A stretch of DNA of 63,794 bases, counting the filler, from Bigelowiella natans CCMP2755 (Eukaryota; Protista; Cercozoa), in NCBI GenBank assembly GCA_000320545.1. It is 7 parts of 7 records of this genome, joined end to end, with 100 filler letters (N's around TTAATTAATTAA, not from the genome) between each part and the next. Parts side by side here need not be neighbours in the genome. Positions count along the whole stretch, not along the records: positions 25,667 to 53,875 come from ADNK01000707.1; positions 53,976 to 59,503 come from ADNK01003624.1; positions 59,604 to 62,265 come from ADNK01003210.1; positions 62,366 to 63,794 come from ADNK01000291.1; 3 more parts are not named here. The stretch is one strand, 5' to 3'. This document shows, piece by piece, positions 50,481 to 63,660 of the stretch. The notes below the pieces were generated by a model. That model saw only the letters and a list, made by a program, of their open reading frames with translations, had not been told where the DNA came from and did not search any database. The stretch's first letter is position 1. The number at the start of each line of letters is the position of its first letter. Position numbers and translations under genes: made by a program.

Positions 50481-52055
50481 ATGGCGGCCGAGCCACCTGG
50501 ACCAAAGTTTGACTTGAAGGTGCTTAAGGACGGGGCGGAGCAGACCAGCTCCGACGCGTCCAAAGAGGAGATAGTTTCCCTACTCATAAAGGCGGGGTTA
50601 AGCTCAGAGGTTGCCTCGCAGCACTGCCGGGACTTCTTTGACTTCTTCGCTTCTGGATCCTCCGCGAAGCTAGTCACAGCGATCGAGTTCTACCAAGAGT
50701 TTGTGCGTATGTCATGTTTTCGCGCGGTGTTTCAGATTAGGAAAATGTGCCGACAAATGCTGGACACATCAGAGGTCCAAAAAGTTCTTGAGAACCACCT
50801 TGGAGCCAGGGGGGGGAAAGACCAGTATGCCTCCATGATGAAGTACGCTGAAAAAAATATGAAAGCGGGGGGATCTCCTCAGGAAAAGAATAAGGTTGAT
50901 GTCAAGATCTTAGAGCAATGGTACTGGGATAAGGCGCGAAGTATAATACGGTCGAGAAAGCACTTCTTAGAGCAGAAAGGATACCAAGTGGGTGACCTGG
51001 TTGGTGAAGGCAGCAGCAGCAGCAACAGCGACAGCAAGCCTGAAGATCGAATTCAGAAGAGAACGAAGAGGGAAGCTACGATATGTCTGTTAGGAATTGA
51101 TAATGCTGGCAAGTCTACATTTCAATGCGCGCTGTTGGGAGAGACAGATCCGAGCGTCATGCCCACCTTTGGTTTCGATATGGCCAATTTTGACGCAAAA
51201 TTCCCTTCATCGAACCCGTTTTCCTGCGAGGTCTACGACCTGCCCGGGGGGGAAGATTTTGGAAGAAGTGACTTTTGGCAGAACTACTACGGCGATTCGC
51301 ACGCGTTTGCTTTCGTTGTGGATTCTACGGACAGGACGCGGACTAGCGAGGCTCTATCCGAATTCTCGCATTTGATAGGGCACAGCGCAACGCGAGGGAA
51401 GCCGATCGCGATCATTGCCAATAAGCAGGATATTAAAGAGCCCCAGCCATACTCAGGGAGCGACCTGAAGGCCATGCTCGGGGTCCCGGAGAAAATCCCC
51501 GCCGATCGGCATTGCAAGCTGTTTGAATGTGTCGCTACGAAAGGTTGCAAGGAATCGAAAGGAGTTGAGGGCGGTGTTGCACGAGCGTTGAAGTGGTTGC
51601 TGGAGACCCTAGATCCAATATACGAGAAGATCGACAACGAAATTAAGGAGTTTAAGATCAAGGACCGCGAGCGGGCCGACGCGGAGATAAAGGCGCAGAG
51701 AAAGCGGACAGAAGAGTGGAAGCGGAAAGAGAGGGAAGAGAACGGGGAAGTAGAAAATGAAGGGGGGGATGGCAAGGGCAAGGGCGATTCTGCCCTAGAT
51801 TCACGAGGCAAGGTGGCGGCTATATTTAAGATGTTCGATGTGGACAAGGATGGATACTTGAATTTCAAGGAGTTTCAGAGCCTCCTCTCGAAAACGGACG
51901 GGGCCGAAATATCGGAAGACATGTACCGGAATGAGTTCTGCCACGAGCTTCAAGTTGACCCCGACAAGGGCGTGGGTGTTTCCGCGCTGTTTGTGCTCCT
52001 CAATCAGGATGAGATCGCATTAGACAAGACTTATATGGAGTTGTGCTGTGGATAA
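50481..52055 (+). CDS. ARL13: ARL13-like small GTPase fused to EF-hands (intronless)
   Basis: G1 GIDNAGKST, PTFGF, G3 DLPGG (no catalytic Gln, as in ARL13), WQNYYGDSHAFAFVVDS, G4 NKQD, ALKWLLETL plus coiled coil; C-terminal EF-hand FKMFDVDKDGYLNFKEF; ends CCG*. Confidence 0.8.
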   Translation: MAAEPPGPKFDLKVLKDGAEQTSSDASKEEIVSLLIKAGLSSEVASQHCRDFFDFFASGSSAKLVTAIEFYQEFVRMSCFRAVFQIRKMCRQMLDTSEVQKVLENHLGARGGKDQYASMMKYAEKNMKAGGSPQEKNKVDVKILEQWYWDKARSIIRSRKHFLEQKGYQVGDLVGEGSSSSNSDSKPEDRIQKRTKREATICLLGIDNAGKSTFQCALLGETDPSVMPTFGFDMANFDAKFPSSNPFSCEVYDLPGGEDFGRSDFWQNYYGDSHAFAFVVDSTDRTRTSEALSEFSHLIGHSATRGKPIAIIANKQDIKEPQPYSGSDLKAMLGVPEKIPADRHCKLFECVATKGCKESKGVEGGVARALKWLLETLDPIYEKIDNEIKEFKIKDRERADAEIKAQRKRTEEWKRKEREENGEVENEGGDGKGKGDSALDSRGKVAAIFKMFDVDKDGYLNFKEFQSLLSKTDGAEISEDMYRNEFCHELQVDPDKGVGVSALFVLLNQDEIALDKTYMELCCG

Positions 52056-52555
52056 GATTAAGCGTAGCATGTAGAAGTGGCAAAATTGTTTTACGAGGGA
52101 GTCGAATGCGGCAAGTAGTTTGTTCATTTAATGATGCCTTATCAGTCCTAGAAGATTGTTTTGGCATTAACCAAAAAGTTAAAGAGTGTGCAGAAGGAGT
52201 TCGTTATCCACATTGAGCGCGTTTGACATGTTTCATGTTGGATCCTGCATAGCAAAAAAGACAATTTGGAACCTACATGTCGCAATCGACTTTAGGCACG
52301 GTAACACTGGCGAAGTAAAAATCTAGCAATACATTCAACTGCAACAACTCACTACTCATGTGCAAAAATACTACTACAGGACTTTCATTCTGCAAAGCGC
52401 AGCCAAGATGCGATGCATCGATCTGTCGATCGCATGCATATACATGCTGCTTATGACAACATTGAACGTTATTACACGCAATGCAAGGCCCATCTCTTGA
52501 GCATCCGCATATAGTATATAAATAATATAAGGAATCGTAAGAAGTTAAATAAACG

Positions 52556-52811
52556 CTACATGAACTTCATAGACATATAACGCTTCTGTCGCAGTCGCCG
52601 CATATTTCTATGGCGCTCATTAATCGTGTAGTGCCGAGATTTTCGGTGCCTCCTACCGCGAGGAAGCCGCTTATCCATGTGCGCTTTCATTGCAGTTGCG
52701 TTGAAATGATCTGTCGCCGCTTTACTATTGCAAGAACCGATGATGAAGTCGAACAGTTTGTTCTTCTCCTCTTGGATGCTAAGGATCTGTAAGAGAAAGA
52801 GATAGAGAGAA

Positions 52812-52852
<41 letters not shown>

Positions 52853-53694
52853 CAGAGAAATGCCAACAAGATTTGATAGCAACCTTCTACTTACTACCTT
52901 CTATTTTGTTCTTATTCGTAAACTCCACTAGTGAGGCATCATATTATATATAAACTCAATATCTGTCAGTATAAAAGGCGTTTGCTTCCGCTTCGAGTCG
53001 CTATTATTGTCTACCGAAAGCTCCAACGGAACTACACCACATCATGTGGTTTCTAGTGTTTCGCTCAACTTCAAACTCACTCACTATCAGGCCATGTAAT
53101 TGACATCTGATACCCATCGTTCTTACCGTCGCTTCAACTGTGTTGTTCGTGACGAGCTTGTGGATGTGCACGCGCTTCTTTTGGCCAACGCGGTATATGC
53201 GATCGAATACCTTTTTGAGGCGAACAACGTACGCACAGGACATATTATCCGAGGAATCCGTTAACCGGCCCCCCCAACCCTCCAATCCTCCCCTGTTTTC
53301 TCTCTCTCTCTCTGTGTGTGTGTGTGTCGCCAGCAACCACGAAGTATGATTCTTGGCACTCTCAGTGTAGTCGAAGCAATCTCTCTCCAAAAATTAGAAA
53401 ATCGCGCAAGAAATACGCGGTGGGGGGGTGTGGTGTAGCAGCAGGGAGGCTTGCCTGCTTCTCAACTGCAGGGTTCCAGTGAAGGTCAAGGAGCACAAGA
53501 TGGTTGGCTCCGATCAAATTCAGCCCTTTCGCACGACAAACAACAGCGATGTAACACCACCACCACCACCACATTTTCCAATTATCATTATGATGAGGAG
53601 AAGATGTAGATATAGATGTAAGCAAAGGGGCTTGCGATGTCTGATATCTGTAGGGGCGCTATTAAAAATAGAGAAAAGGGAGTTGCATATTTTC

Positions 53695-53727
<33 letters not shown>

Positions 53728-53875
53728 CCTTATGCACATGCAATTTGGAACGCATCATCCATCTCCTCATCTCCCCCACAAAAAAAGAGCAGTACCAACG
53801 CCCCCGGCGGACATCGAGAGCAGCAGGAGTTTGACGTTGTGGCTGTTGTCGTTGAAATCCGTCATAATCTCGCTG
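52556..53875 (-). CDS. SNF2-family helicase C-terminal region (TTF2/Rad5/Rad16-like), 5' part beyond contig end
   Basis: KLLLLSMSAGG, GLNLIGANHLVLLDLHWNPAVEKQ, FDRIYRVGQKKRVHIHKLVTNNTVE, ILSIQEEKNKLFDFII. Confidence 0.88.
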
Positions 53876-53999
53876 NNNNNNNNNNNNNNNNNNNNNNNNN
53901 NNNNNNNNNNNNNNNNNNNTTAATTAATTAANNNNNNNNNNNNNNNNNNNNNNNNNNNNNNNNNNNNNNNNNNNNCCCCCCCCCCCCGCCCCCCCCTCT

Positions 54000-54609
54000 C
54001 ACGCGAAGAACAGACGGCAAAGAGTGATGGGGGTGATGGCCGGGGCACCCCTTTCTTTACTCTAGCTCCCATAGCTGTCTTCATGGTCATTCGTTGGAGA
54101 TCAACAGTGTACGCGCTTCCTCGCAGCTAAAGAGAAGGTGGGGGAAAGGGGGGGGGGTTTAACAATAATAGGAAGGAGAAGAGGAGGAGGAAACAGCAGG
54201 AGCATGTAACTCATCATAGCCGGCCACGATTGAAGATGCCTGCAAGACTGATAACTGCCATTTATTCTATTGCATATTTATCGTTGTCTTCCAATTGTTG
54301 TTAGGGGTGCAACGAAGGAACGTTTGACAACATCGAGCCTCTCATTAGCCATTGCTAATACTTCACGCCCTCTCCCACTTAGTGCAAACAATAATGGTCT
54401 TGAGGCGAGTTGCACGTGCACGTTACGAAGGATCTCCATTACACCATCAACTACCTTGATTCTGATAGCCTTGCTGCTTGCCGCGCTCATCGCCAGAATC
54501 AGTTTCTTGTTTATCTCCCTTTTTTTGTCGATGCATTCATTGATTACTCGTGCTCCTGTGAGCGGGTCTGCTTTGTGCTCGTGCGTGTGTGCGTGTGTGC
54601 TCTTGCGTG

Positions 54610-54640
<31 letters not shown>

Positions 54641-55830
54641 TAAATTACGCTGGATACGGTGCCCAAACGCCCCTTCGCATTTCGAATTCCCATTGTCGCT
54701 CTGGTTGTGATCACAACACCATCCAGCAATGATGAATCACATCACCATTCATTATGTCGTTCTATACATTATTTATGTGAAGGAGTGAGGGGGGGGGGGG
54801 GGGGGGCGTTATCAGTAGATGTTGCAACCTGTGTTCTCTTCCTTCAGCAAAGACAGTGCAGAGGCCCTCCGTTTGCTAAGTTTACGTTTGCGCCCGGAAG
54901 ACGTTGGAGGGGGGGGCGGGGGAGGAGCATCTTCGTCGTCGTCAAGCGGAGCTGTTGACGGCTTGTCGGGTGGTGGAGGGGGGGGTGGCGCGGACTCTTC
55001 GTTGTCCATTGGAAACAGCATTGGATTTGAGTCCATTTGGAAGTCCTGAGAAGTGTGAAAGGGCAGTTTGAATGGTGAAATCTTCCCCTTCCGATTCCTC
55101 TAGAATCCCCTCCCCCCCCCCCCACATCTTTTCGAAATCATGACGGTGTTCGTGGTGCCGATGATGGGATGTGCTGCCGACGAGGCTGACGACGATGATG
55201 GCGATGACCCTGACTATGAAACTCCCTGAAAAATGTGAAACGACCACCATTTGCCGGTCCCCTTCCGGAGCTCATCACACTTCTCTCTGAACACAACACA
55301 GCACCCTCTTCGTCCGCCATCGTGAATTCGCCTGCGATGCCCTTCTTCTCGGCGAATTCAGTTGGATTTTATAATTTCAATCCCCACGCTCTCTTCCCCG
55401 ATCAGTTCTGCCCGGAATTGGGGGGGGGGAAGGATGATGAGATTCTTGCTGTTCGGGGATTCGTTGCTTACGGCTGTGGAGCACACTTTTCCCTTGTCGC
55501 AACTGCAAAATCCCATGACATTATCCGAGGAGAGTCTCTGTCGCAAAGTCGAAAATAACACACGTTTTCGTCGAATACCGGTGCTTTTCTTTGATTTTCG
55601 AGGAGATATTTTCCAGCATGCTTCTGCATCAAACGCTTGGGTACAACCATGCGGCGACAAGGGTTCACTGAGTTTTTTGTGATTTGTCCTAGGTAGGGAA
55701 CACACTCTTGTCGCAGAAAATATAATGAGGCGATTCTGCATTTTTTTGATGATTTCGCTCGTGATCCCCGGTTTTCTTTCAAATTTTTTGAATTTTTGAA
55801 CGCATCAATCCACTGGCACATAAGAATAGA
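54000..55830 (-). CDS. Hypothetical multi-exon protein
   Basis: Protein-like minus-strand segments (ASSKAIRIKVVDGVMEILRNVHVQL...; MDSNPMLFPMDNEESAPPPP...); no family recognised. Confidence 0.3.
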
Positions 55831-55887
55831 TCGTTGCCATACAACTTCACTCCCCCCCCCCCCCCCCCGGGCTCTTTCGAGATTTCT

Positions 55888-57499
55888 ATGGACATAGTTG
55901 TCGTTCCTCAATCCGCATGCCGTTCCCATAACCGTCATGAGCGTCGCGGGCTGTGCACACCGGGACTCGGAGGGGGGGGAGGCAGTGGGAAAAAGATGAA
56001 GAAGAAAAAGCTCGCAAGTAGGAAGGCGTCACGGAGCTGCTGCAGCTCTTTGAAACCCTCATCGTCATCATCATCATCATCATCGTCGTCGTCGTCATCG
56101 GCATCCTTCCCGATCGATACGAGCTGGACGCCACCTGCCCAGATTCCAACCAACGACTCCGACGTTGTCTACGGAGAGGTCGTGTTCGCTCCGAAGTTTC
56201 CCGACGAAGAAGTGCTCATCTACCATCAGCAGCGAGAGCGGGAGCGAGAGGAAGAGGAGGAGGAGGAGGAAGAGGAGGGGGGGGTGGAGAAGAGGAAGGA
56301 GAATAACGTTGAGGACTATCGCCATAATCGACAAAGACTCTTAGGCGGCAGCAGCCGCAAGCAGGCCAATGCAAGCCGCTATCAATGCTTTGTGTTTGCA
56401 GAGGTGGAGGCGGAGGACGACGACGAGGACGAGGAAAATGATGATGACAGCGCTACCGGAGTGTCTTTAGTTCAGGAATGGGGATGGGGAAGCAGCAGTT
56501 ATAGTTGCGACAAAAAGAGGGGGAGGCGGAAGAGGCGAGGGAAGAAAAAGAAGCAAAAGCAGGGCGGAGGTCATAAAGCAGCTAGCGATCTCGTTGTAGT
56601 CCACAAACCGCCCTCATCCTCTGAGCGTTCTTTCCCTGCCGCCAAGATCGTGTACACCATCGCAACGTTGTGCCTCGTGATCTTGGGCTACACTTCGCTG
56701 TTCGTCATCCGCACGTACTACAACCATGCGTGCGCTGACAGCGGTGACGCCAATGAGGACGCAACGACGACGATGGAAGGCAAAGCCGCGAGTGCCGAAG
56801 GCAGTGTTGCGGATGACGGAGACTCCTCCTTCCCATCCTGGTTATCTGCAATCGCGTTGTTCTTCTCCACCCTGGGCACCAGAGTGCGGCACTTGTCTTC
56901 GTCCAGCCTTCCCTCCCCCTCCTCTGCCGCGACCACCTTCACGAGGAGCACTCTTCTCTCTTCTCCAGGCTGGGCAGGGGCGGGATTTCATGTGTGCGCA
57001 GTTCCGCAATACCAGAGGCCGATGACCTTTCTAGACGTCTCCCCCCACTGCCACGCCCTGGTCCTTCTGCTGCTGCTCTACCTGGCCATCCGGAAGAAGA
57101 GAGGGAGTGTCGAGGGGGGGGGGGTACAGATCCTCCTCCAGCATCAAGATATGCCTGGCTCGGAGCTCTCTGCTCTGCATGGATTGTGGCGTCCAGTTGC
57201 CGCAATTCTGCTGCTGGGCTATGTAGCTCACATCGTCTTGGAGATTTCTGGGCACCATTCGTTCTCAGCACGCACTGCGGGGGGGGAAGGGCGGTTGGTT
57301 TGGCGGAGTAGGTGACGGCGAGGAAGAAGATGAAGGCCCCCGCAACGGTGGCGTCTTCTTGTCTGCTTGCGAAGACGTACGTGTGGTCCGCGTTAATTCT
57401 CAGCTTGGTGAAAGCTCTCACAGGCATCATTCTCGTGATCCTCCAGGTATATCTGAGAATGATGGTGGTGGCGACGACGATGATGATGATGATGATGAT

Positions 57500-57543
<44 letters not shown>

Positions 57544-58139
57544 AACAACGACGATGAAGGCAAGCAATAACCCACTCTTATGCTGCTGATGTTGATGATG
57601 ATGCTGCTGACGTGGGAAGAAGCAGCACATGGCCGACTAGTGAATACTTCCTTTTGTATCTATCATTTCGCGGGGGTTGAGGGAAAACCATGAGTTTCCG
57701 CCCCTCCCCGTATCGCCACCATCATCATCACCATCATCGGTGTTCTTATCAGATGGATCCAATGAGGCTCACGCGCGACAGCTCCAACCTCTACACGTCC
57801 AGATGCGGGGGGGGGCGACGACGACGGGGCCCAGCATTTGTTTATGAGAAACCATCATCATCCCATTGCGGTGGCATTGCTACAACAACCACGTTGCTTC
57901 CTCATAAAGGCGGCCAAAAGGAGGTGGGATGCCATGTTGGGGCGGGGGCGGGGGCGGGGGCGGATGGCACGACCGCAGAAGCAGTGGTAACGTGCGGGCG
58001 CTCCGTGTACCCGATTAGAGAAGATGCCGAAGAACAGCAGCGGATTATAGAGCAGCGGCATCATCATCATCATCATCATCATCACCGGCACACCGGACAG
58101 TGGGAGAATAACCAGCGTCAAAGTTGCAGACCAGCATAA
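55888..58139 (+). CDS. Hypothetical membrane protein with low-complexity N-terminus
   Basis: ORF 55834-57315 (493 aa) with hydrophobic helices (IVYTIATLCLVILGYTSLFVI; AAILLLGYVAHIVLEI); downstream hydrophobic segment 57312-57446 and ORF 57690-58139. Confidence 0.45.
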
Positions 58140-59603
58140 TATTAGAGATAGCAGCATCATGAACATCTGAGAGCGCGGCCATGGATGTGCTTGTTGTGTT
58201 GTTGTAAAGAATGCATCTCGTGTCTCATTGTAGTGATACCGACAATGATTATTTAACGTGATGTTCGATCGCTACATGGCGTTGTCATCATTGGCGAGTT
58301 GAGTTCACTGAGCGTGCATGCACGATGCCAGCGATGGCTTGCATGCAAACACACACACACACACACACATAGTAGCAATTCCGATGTGTCCGTATCCACT
58401 ACAAAGCAAGCACACTGCAACGCTAAGTGGCATAGATATGTGCGGTGCACGCGGCAAGAACCTAGCACACTACTGCGTATACGGCACGACTTGTGCACGT
58501 GTAGCCAGCTAGCCAGGCGCAAGTGGAACATCATGATGCATATTTACTTATTTTATTTGAGCTGTGCAGAGCTAGATGAATGTATATTTTTAACAACGTA
58601 CGCTACCGCACAGCTTTCTTGTGCAACCATGTTTTGAGGCGAGCATGCACAGCCGCGCCATCTTCCCATTTTTATCACACATGTACGTAAGTGCCATGCA
58701 TTCAGGCCCCTCGCTCATATGCAATGTGATACTATACGCGCTCTTTCGGACGTATTATTGCCCGCCGCCATCGTCATCTTGCATCACCATCATCCACCTC
58801 TTTATCTACAGCAGCAGCAGCAGCACCATCGCCGCCAGGAGAAGGGTCAAGCTTAGCCCAGAGCTTCTCTAGAGACTCCTCCGTGCCGATAAGCAGCGCC
58901 TGTGTATTTGCATGTTGGCAGCATACGTACGGCAGAGGATGGATTTGGGTGCGATCAATGATGGGGCCGCAAAAACAAGATATTCATAGATAGGCCCGAA
59001 GAAACCGTAGAATCGAGCAGACGCCCCCGCCCTTTCCCGAGGAGGAAAAGAGAGAAGAAGAAGAAGAAGAAGAAGAAGAAGAAGAAGAGGGAGAAAGAAG
59101 AGAAGGCTACGACGGAAAAGCATTTGAGGAAGACATTGCAGTATCTATCGTGGTCCTTCTACTCTCTTAGGGGAGAAAAAAGAAAAAAAAAGAAATTCAA
59201 AAAAAAAAGGAAAAAAAAGACATCTTCTCAATAGCGGGGGGGGGGGGGAGAAAGTATACAATCGACGGATCCTGTGCGTCTACGTGCCGATGATAGTTGT
59301 AGCTGAAGAATCACCAGGAGAACCAGAGAGAGGCAGTGTTAGAGGGAGAGCAGAGAAAACAAATCGCCACCAAGGAAACAGCAAAGAGAGAAGACGAAGA
59401 AGAGGGTTAGGGCGGGCCACAAAGAGATTTATCTAAGTGGACTCTCCATAGCATTTCCGTGCTCAAAGCATCCTAAGACGTTATCTCTCTGAAATGCCCA
59501 TTTNNNNNNNNNNNNNNNNNNNNNNNNNNNNNNNNNNNNNNNNNNNNTTAATTAATTAANNNNNNNNNNNNNNNNNNNNNNNNNNNNNNNNNNNNNNNNN
59601 NNN

Positions 59604-59647
59604 ACACACGCACACGCGCACGCCCCGCTCCCTCCCCCGCTCTCCAA

Positions 59648-59715
<68 letters not shown>

Positions 59716-59889
59716 TATAGAGCGCGCGCGCGCACGCGCGCGCGCGCGCGCTCGCGCACCCGCACGCGTGCGCGTACACACACGCACACGCACACACACA
59801 CACACACAGATACATATAAAGAGAATGCGCTCATAAAAGTAACAAAATAAATAACGAAGTTACACACACACAAACACACATTCTTTCAC

Positions 59890-59930
<41 letters not shown>

Positions 59931-60114
59931 CATCTAAGACAGTGTTTGTAATGCTCATTATCTTCAATTGACATTTTTCAGTATAACAACTATAGCTACT
60001 GCTCAATAACCGTGTTTGTTGGAACTTGTGCCTACGAAATCGGCTTTGCCTATGCAGACGATCACGCATCATCGTGGCCGTTGATGCTCTCCTCAACCCT
60101 ATGGTGATGGATAA

Positions 60115-60156
<42 letters not shown>

Positions 60157-60249
60157 ATAAATTGTATACCTGATTTTATGTCCTCCGCGGTATTGTTCGC
60201 AGCTGTTTGAACATGGGCAACTCCTAGCATCGATATTACAGTACACATA

Positions 60250-60310
<61 letters not shown>
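59604..60310. repeat. Microsatellite cluster (CA)n/(CG)n/(TA)n/(GA)n, representative of many intronic microsatellites in the window
   Basis: Direct reading; similar tracts at 1-52, 10720-10775, 17870-18110, 23630-23710, 24300-24350, 25010-25055, 29200-29280, 47060-47130, 62865-62925. Confidence 0.95.
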
Positions 60311-60311
<1 letters not shown>

Positions 60312-61849
60312 CACGCCACCATGCAAGCATTCAATACTCGTCATTAGTCTCAAATGTTTGACAACGAGCTACCAGATTGCTCCAACTTCCCATCAATGCC
60401 CTCCTCTTTGGGCGGAGAGAAATCTGATATAGGACATACAACGAAGATTGTTAAGACTCCCCGATATTTGTTAATGTATAGCATGATAGGTCAAGTCAGT
60501 CACTGCGTAACTAGGCAATCCTGTAAGAGAATAGTCAAGAAGATGATTAACTCCCCCGTGGTGGTACTCCTGTGCTAAGTCGAGTTCTGAGACAATGGGG
60601 TTCTTTAGCGGCGCCGTATATTGGTAGGAAGAAAGAAGGCAGAGAGCAAGAGCATCATCGTCAGGAAAGGGCAAAGCAGTCCAAAAGGTATTAGCGGCAA
60701 CCATTAGGTGATGAAATGCAATAAATGTGTATATATGATGCGATCTGATATATTTTTCATGGTTCTATGGATTGTTAATGTAGTTTGAATTCTTGGTGGC
60801 GCAGGATAACACCACTCTTTGTTTTCGATTGATGTGGTCATACAATGTTGTGTTGCCCAGACATACAAACACGATGGTTTCTTAATTCAGAGCCCTCCCT
60901 CCCCCCCCCCCCCCTCGCCGATTTTGTGTGTGCGTGGGCGTGTTTGCGTGTATGTGTGCTTGTGTATGATAACTTATGTTTGTTACCACTAAATGTAGCG
61001 ACTCTAGATCCACAATTAGGGTGTTAGTGTCCTGCTCATGCAGCCTAATCGCGTTTTCTACGAGTATCATCAATATGCATCAATCATTGGTAAGAGTGCC
61101 TAATCACTGTTGTATTCCAACTAAAAAAGAAAGTTGTACGTATTTGCAATATTGATATATATAAATATATATATATATATATTTATATGTAACACAAATA
61201 TATTAATTTTTCAAGGCATTATTATCTCTTCGAATACGCGCCATCAGCGCTAGACAAGTGGTTGATAGTAACAACCAAGACAATTGGATATAATTCCACT
61301 ATTCCTTGTCCTTGTCGTTGTCTTCATTGTTTTCAATATCGTTGTTATTGTTCGCAATTGTATGAAAGAGTAGAACCGAAGCGGTGCCCCTTCTTCAGAT
61401 CATTCACGTGGTAAAACCTAGTGCTGGCGACGGTTGATTGGAAATTCATCGAATAACTGACGTGATATAACACGCAAAAGTATAGGATGATGAGGACGAT
61501 GATGACGATGATGATGATGATGATGAGAAGGATGTTTATAGTTCCTTATACAGGAATGAACCACCTACTTGAAAGGCCTTTACATTTAGTAAAAAAAATA
61601 TCGTGCAAAGAAGGAAAAAATGCACCGCCGTTTTCGCATTTCAATGCGTCTCAAAACTTATCGATGGATGGTGTGGTGACGCTCGCGTTGTGCTCGGAGG
61701 AAAAACGTGCGAATGCTGCCGTTGTCCAAACCGCACCCGATCAGCCTAACGACGACGATGAAGTCCTCAATCGCACCTTTCTTCGAGCAGCAAAAGTCCC
61801 ACAAATGACCCTATGACCAGAATAAGGCGCATTTCAAGGTTTATGTAGG

Positions 61850-61888
<39 letters not shown>

Positions 61889-62130
61889 TATATCATATTT
61901 ATATGCGTATATTCACATGTATAGACATCATCCCGTGACGTTTGCATCGCGTACGCACATGTGCCTCGATGTCGTGAATGATGGTAAATGCGGGGCCGAT
62001 CAATATTGGATCTGGGTTGCGGAGTTTCAATTCTTGGCTCGAAACGAAGCTCTCCCCCTCTTCCGTGACTCTACACGACGCACAAAGATACATATCACAT
62101 AATTGATGAGGCAGAAGCGAAGTCACGCCT
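59950..62130 (-). CDS. Hypothetical multi-exon protein fragments
   Basis: Exon-like segments such as MVAANTFWTALPFPDDDALALCLL...GLPSYAVTD and QELKLRNPDPILIGPAFTIIHDIEAH between microsatellite introns. Confidence 0.3.
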
Positions 62131-62718
62131 CGTTCAGAGCAGCATTCGTGTGGTATACATGATAGTCATCACAAAGATCTTAGGATATCACGAATACAGT
62201 TTTACTGTGCAAAGGCATAAATGAAAGCCCCGTAGTTCAAAACGAATGGGGACGCTCTCAATGTGNNNNNNNNNNNNNNNNNNNNNNNNNNNNNNNNNNN
62301 NNNNNNNNNTTAATTAATTAANNNNNNNNNNNNNNNNNNNNNNNNNNNNNNNNNNNNNNNNNNNNAAGAAGAAGAAGAAGAAGAAGGAAGAAAATGAAAG
62401 AGTAAGGGGAATTTAGATGGTCGGAGAAGGCAAAAAAAGAAAGAAAGTTTCTAATCGTGTTTTCGACCGCCGCTCTCTTTTTATTCTTTCGCCGTACTTA
62501 CTACGGAAGCGACAACTCGAGCTACCTGTCGTTGGTAAAGTAATTACCGTGGAACAAGCTTGTTTTCACAACCAACTTGTTCGCTTTTTCGTGCTGTTCT
62601 CTTCGTGGGATGGTTCGAGGATGGTGATGATGACGATGATACAAAACTGTGCAGAAAAAAAGGCCAAGGAGGAAAAAGATGCGAACATCGAAAACATGTA
62701 GTAGTAGTAGTAGTAGTT

Positions 62719-62749
<31 letters not shown>

Positions 62750-62859
62750 CACCTTGAGTGTAGTTATTGTAATTGTAATGGAAAATAGCAGCAAAAGGCA
62801 ATACGTGAAAGTCCGAACATGATTATGAGCACCTGTCATATTGTGTCAACTTCTATGTG

Positions 62860-62898
<39 letters not shown>

Positions 62899-62929
62899 CC
62901 GTGCATGTGTGTGTGTGTGTGTGTGTGCA

Positions 62930-63660
62930 GCTGGGCAAGCGGGTGCACTTGAAAGTACCGTCGTGTGGAAGTATCTGCAAGCCATTGGCCCTGATGAAGG
63001 TAAACATGACTCTTGTCTTACACACTACGCTGCTGCTTGGTGATGCATTGCATCCTGCGAGTATGATAGATCTCATCCAGTGCAACTCCCCCCCCCCCCC
63101 CCCTCCCTTAAGGAACTGTGGCAAGTAGCCCTAACCATGATGACTTCGTGACTTCACTCAAGTTCGATCACAGTGGCGAGTGCATTGCAATTGGAGATAT
63201 ACAGGTAGTAGCATCAACTAGTTGATGATGATGATGATAATGACGACGACGATGGGAAGAAGGAAAAAGGCCATATCATGCCAATGTCAAAAGGCTATGA
63301 ACACGCATGCACATGTGTGTCGCGCGCGTTCGCGTTGCTGCTTTTGTAAATGGTCTTATTCTTTTTACTGCACCGTCGCTTGAAGCTCATCATTGATTCG
63401 CTAAATGATGCTGCTGTTACATCCCCCCCCCCCCCCCCCCCTGCCCCACTGATCAGGGCCGAATAGGTATCTTCGATGCTTCAGTCCATTGGAACCAACT
63501 ACCGCAGCAGCAAAACCCGTACCAATTCTATGAGGAGTTCGTGTCACATAGCCCGGACTTCGACACGTTGTACAGCCGAAGAATCCCAAGGAACGTCATT
63601 GCGCTGGAGTGGATCAAGAGGTGCTGCTGCTGGCTGCTACGAGTAGCTGTTTGGTGTTTT
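62930..63660 (+). CDS. PP2A regulatory subunit B55/CDC55-like WD40 protein, N-terminal exons (partial, divergent)
   Basis: VVWKYLQAIG, DDFVTSLKFDHSGECIAIGDIQ, GRIGIF...YQFYEEFVSHSPDFDTLYSRRIPRNVIALEW parallel the B55 motifs [36 protein letters not shown]...[28 protein letters not shown]. Confidence 0.72.
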
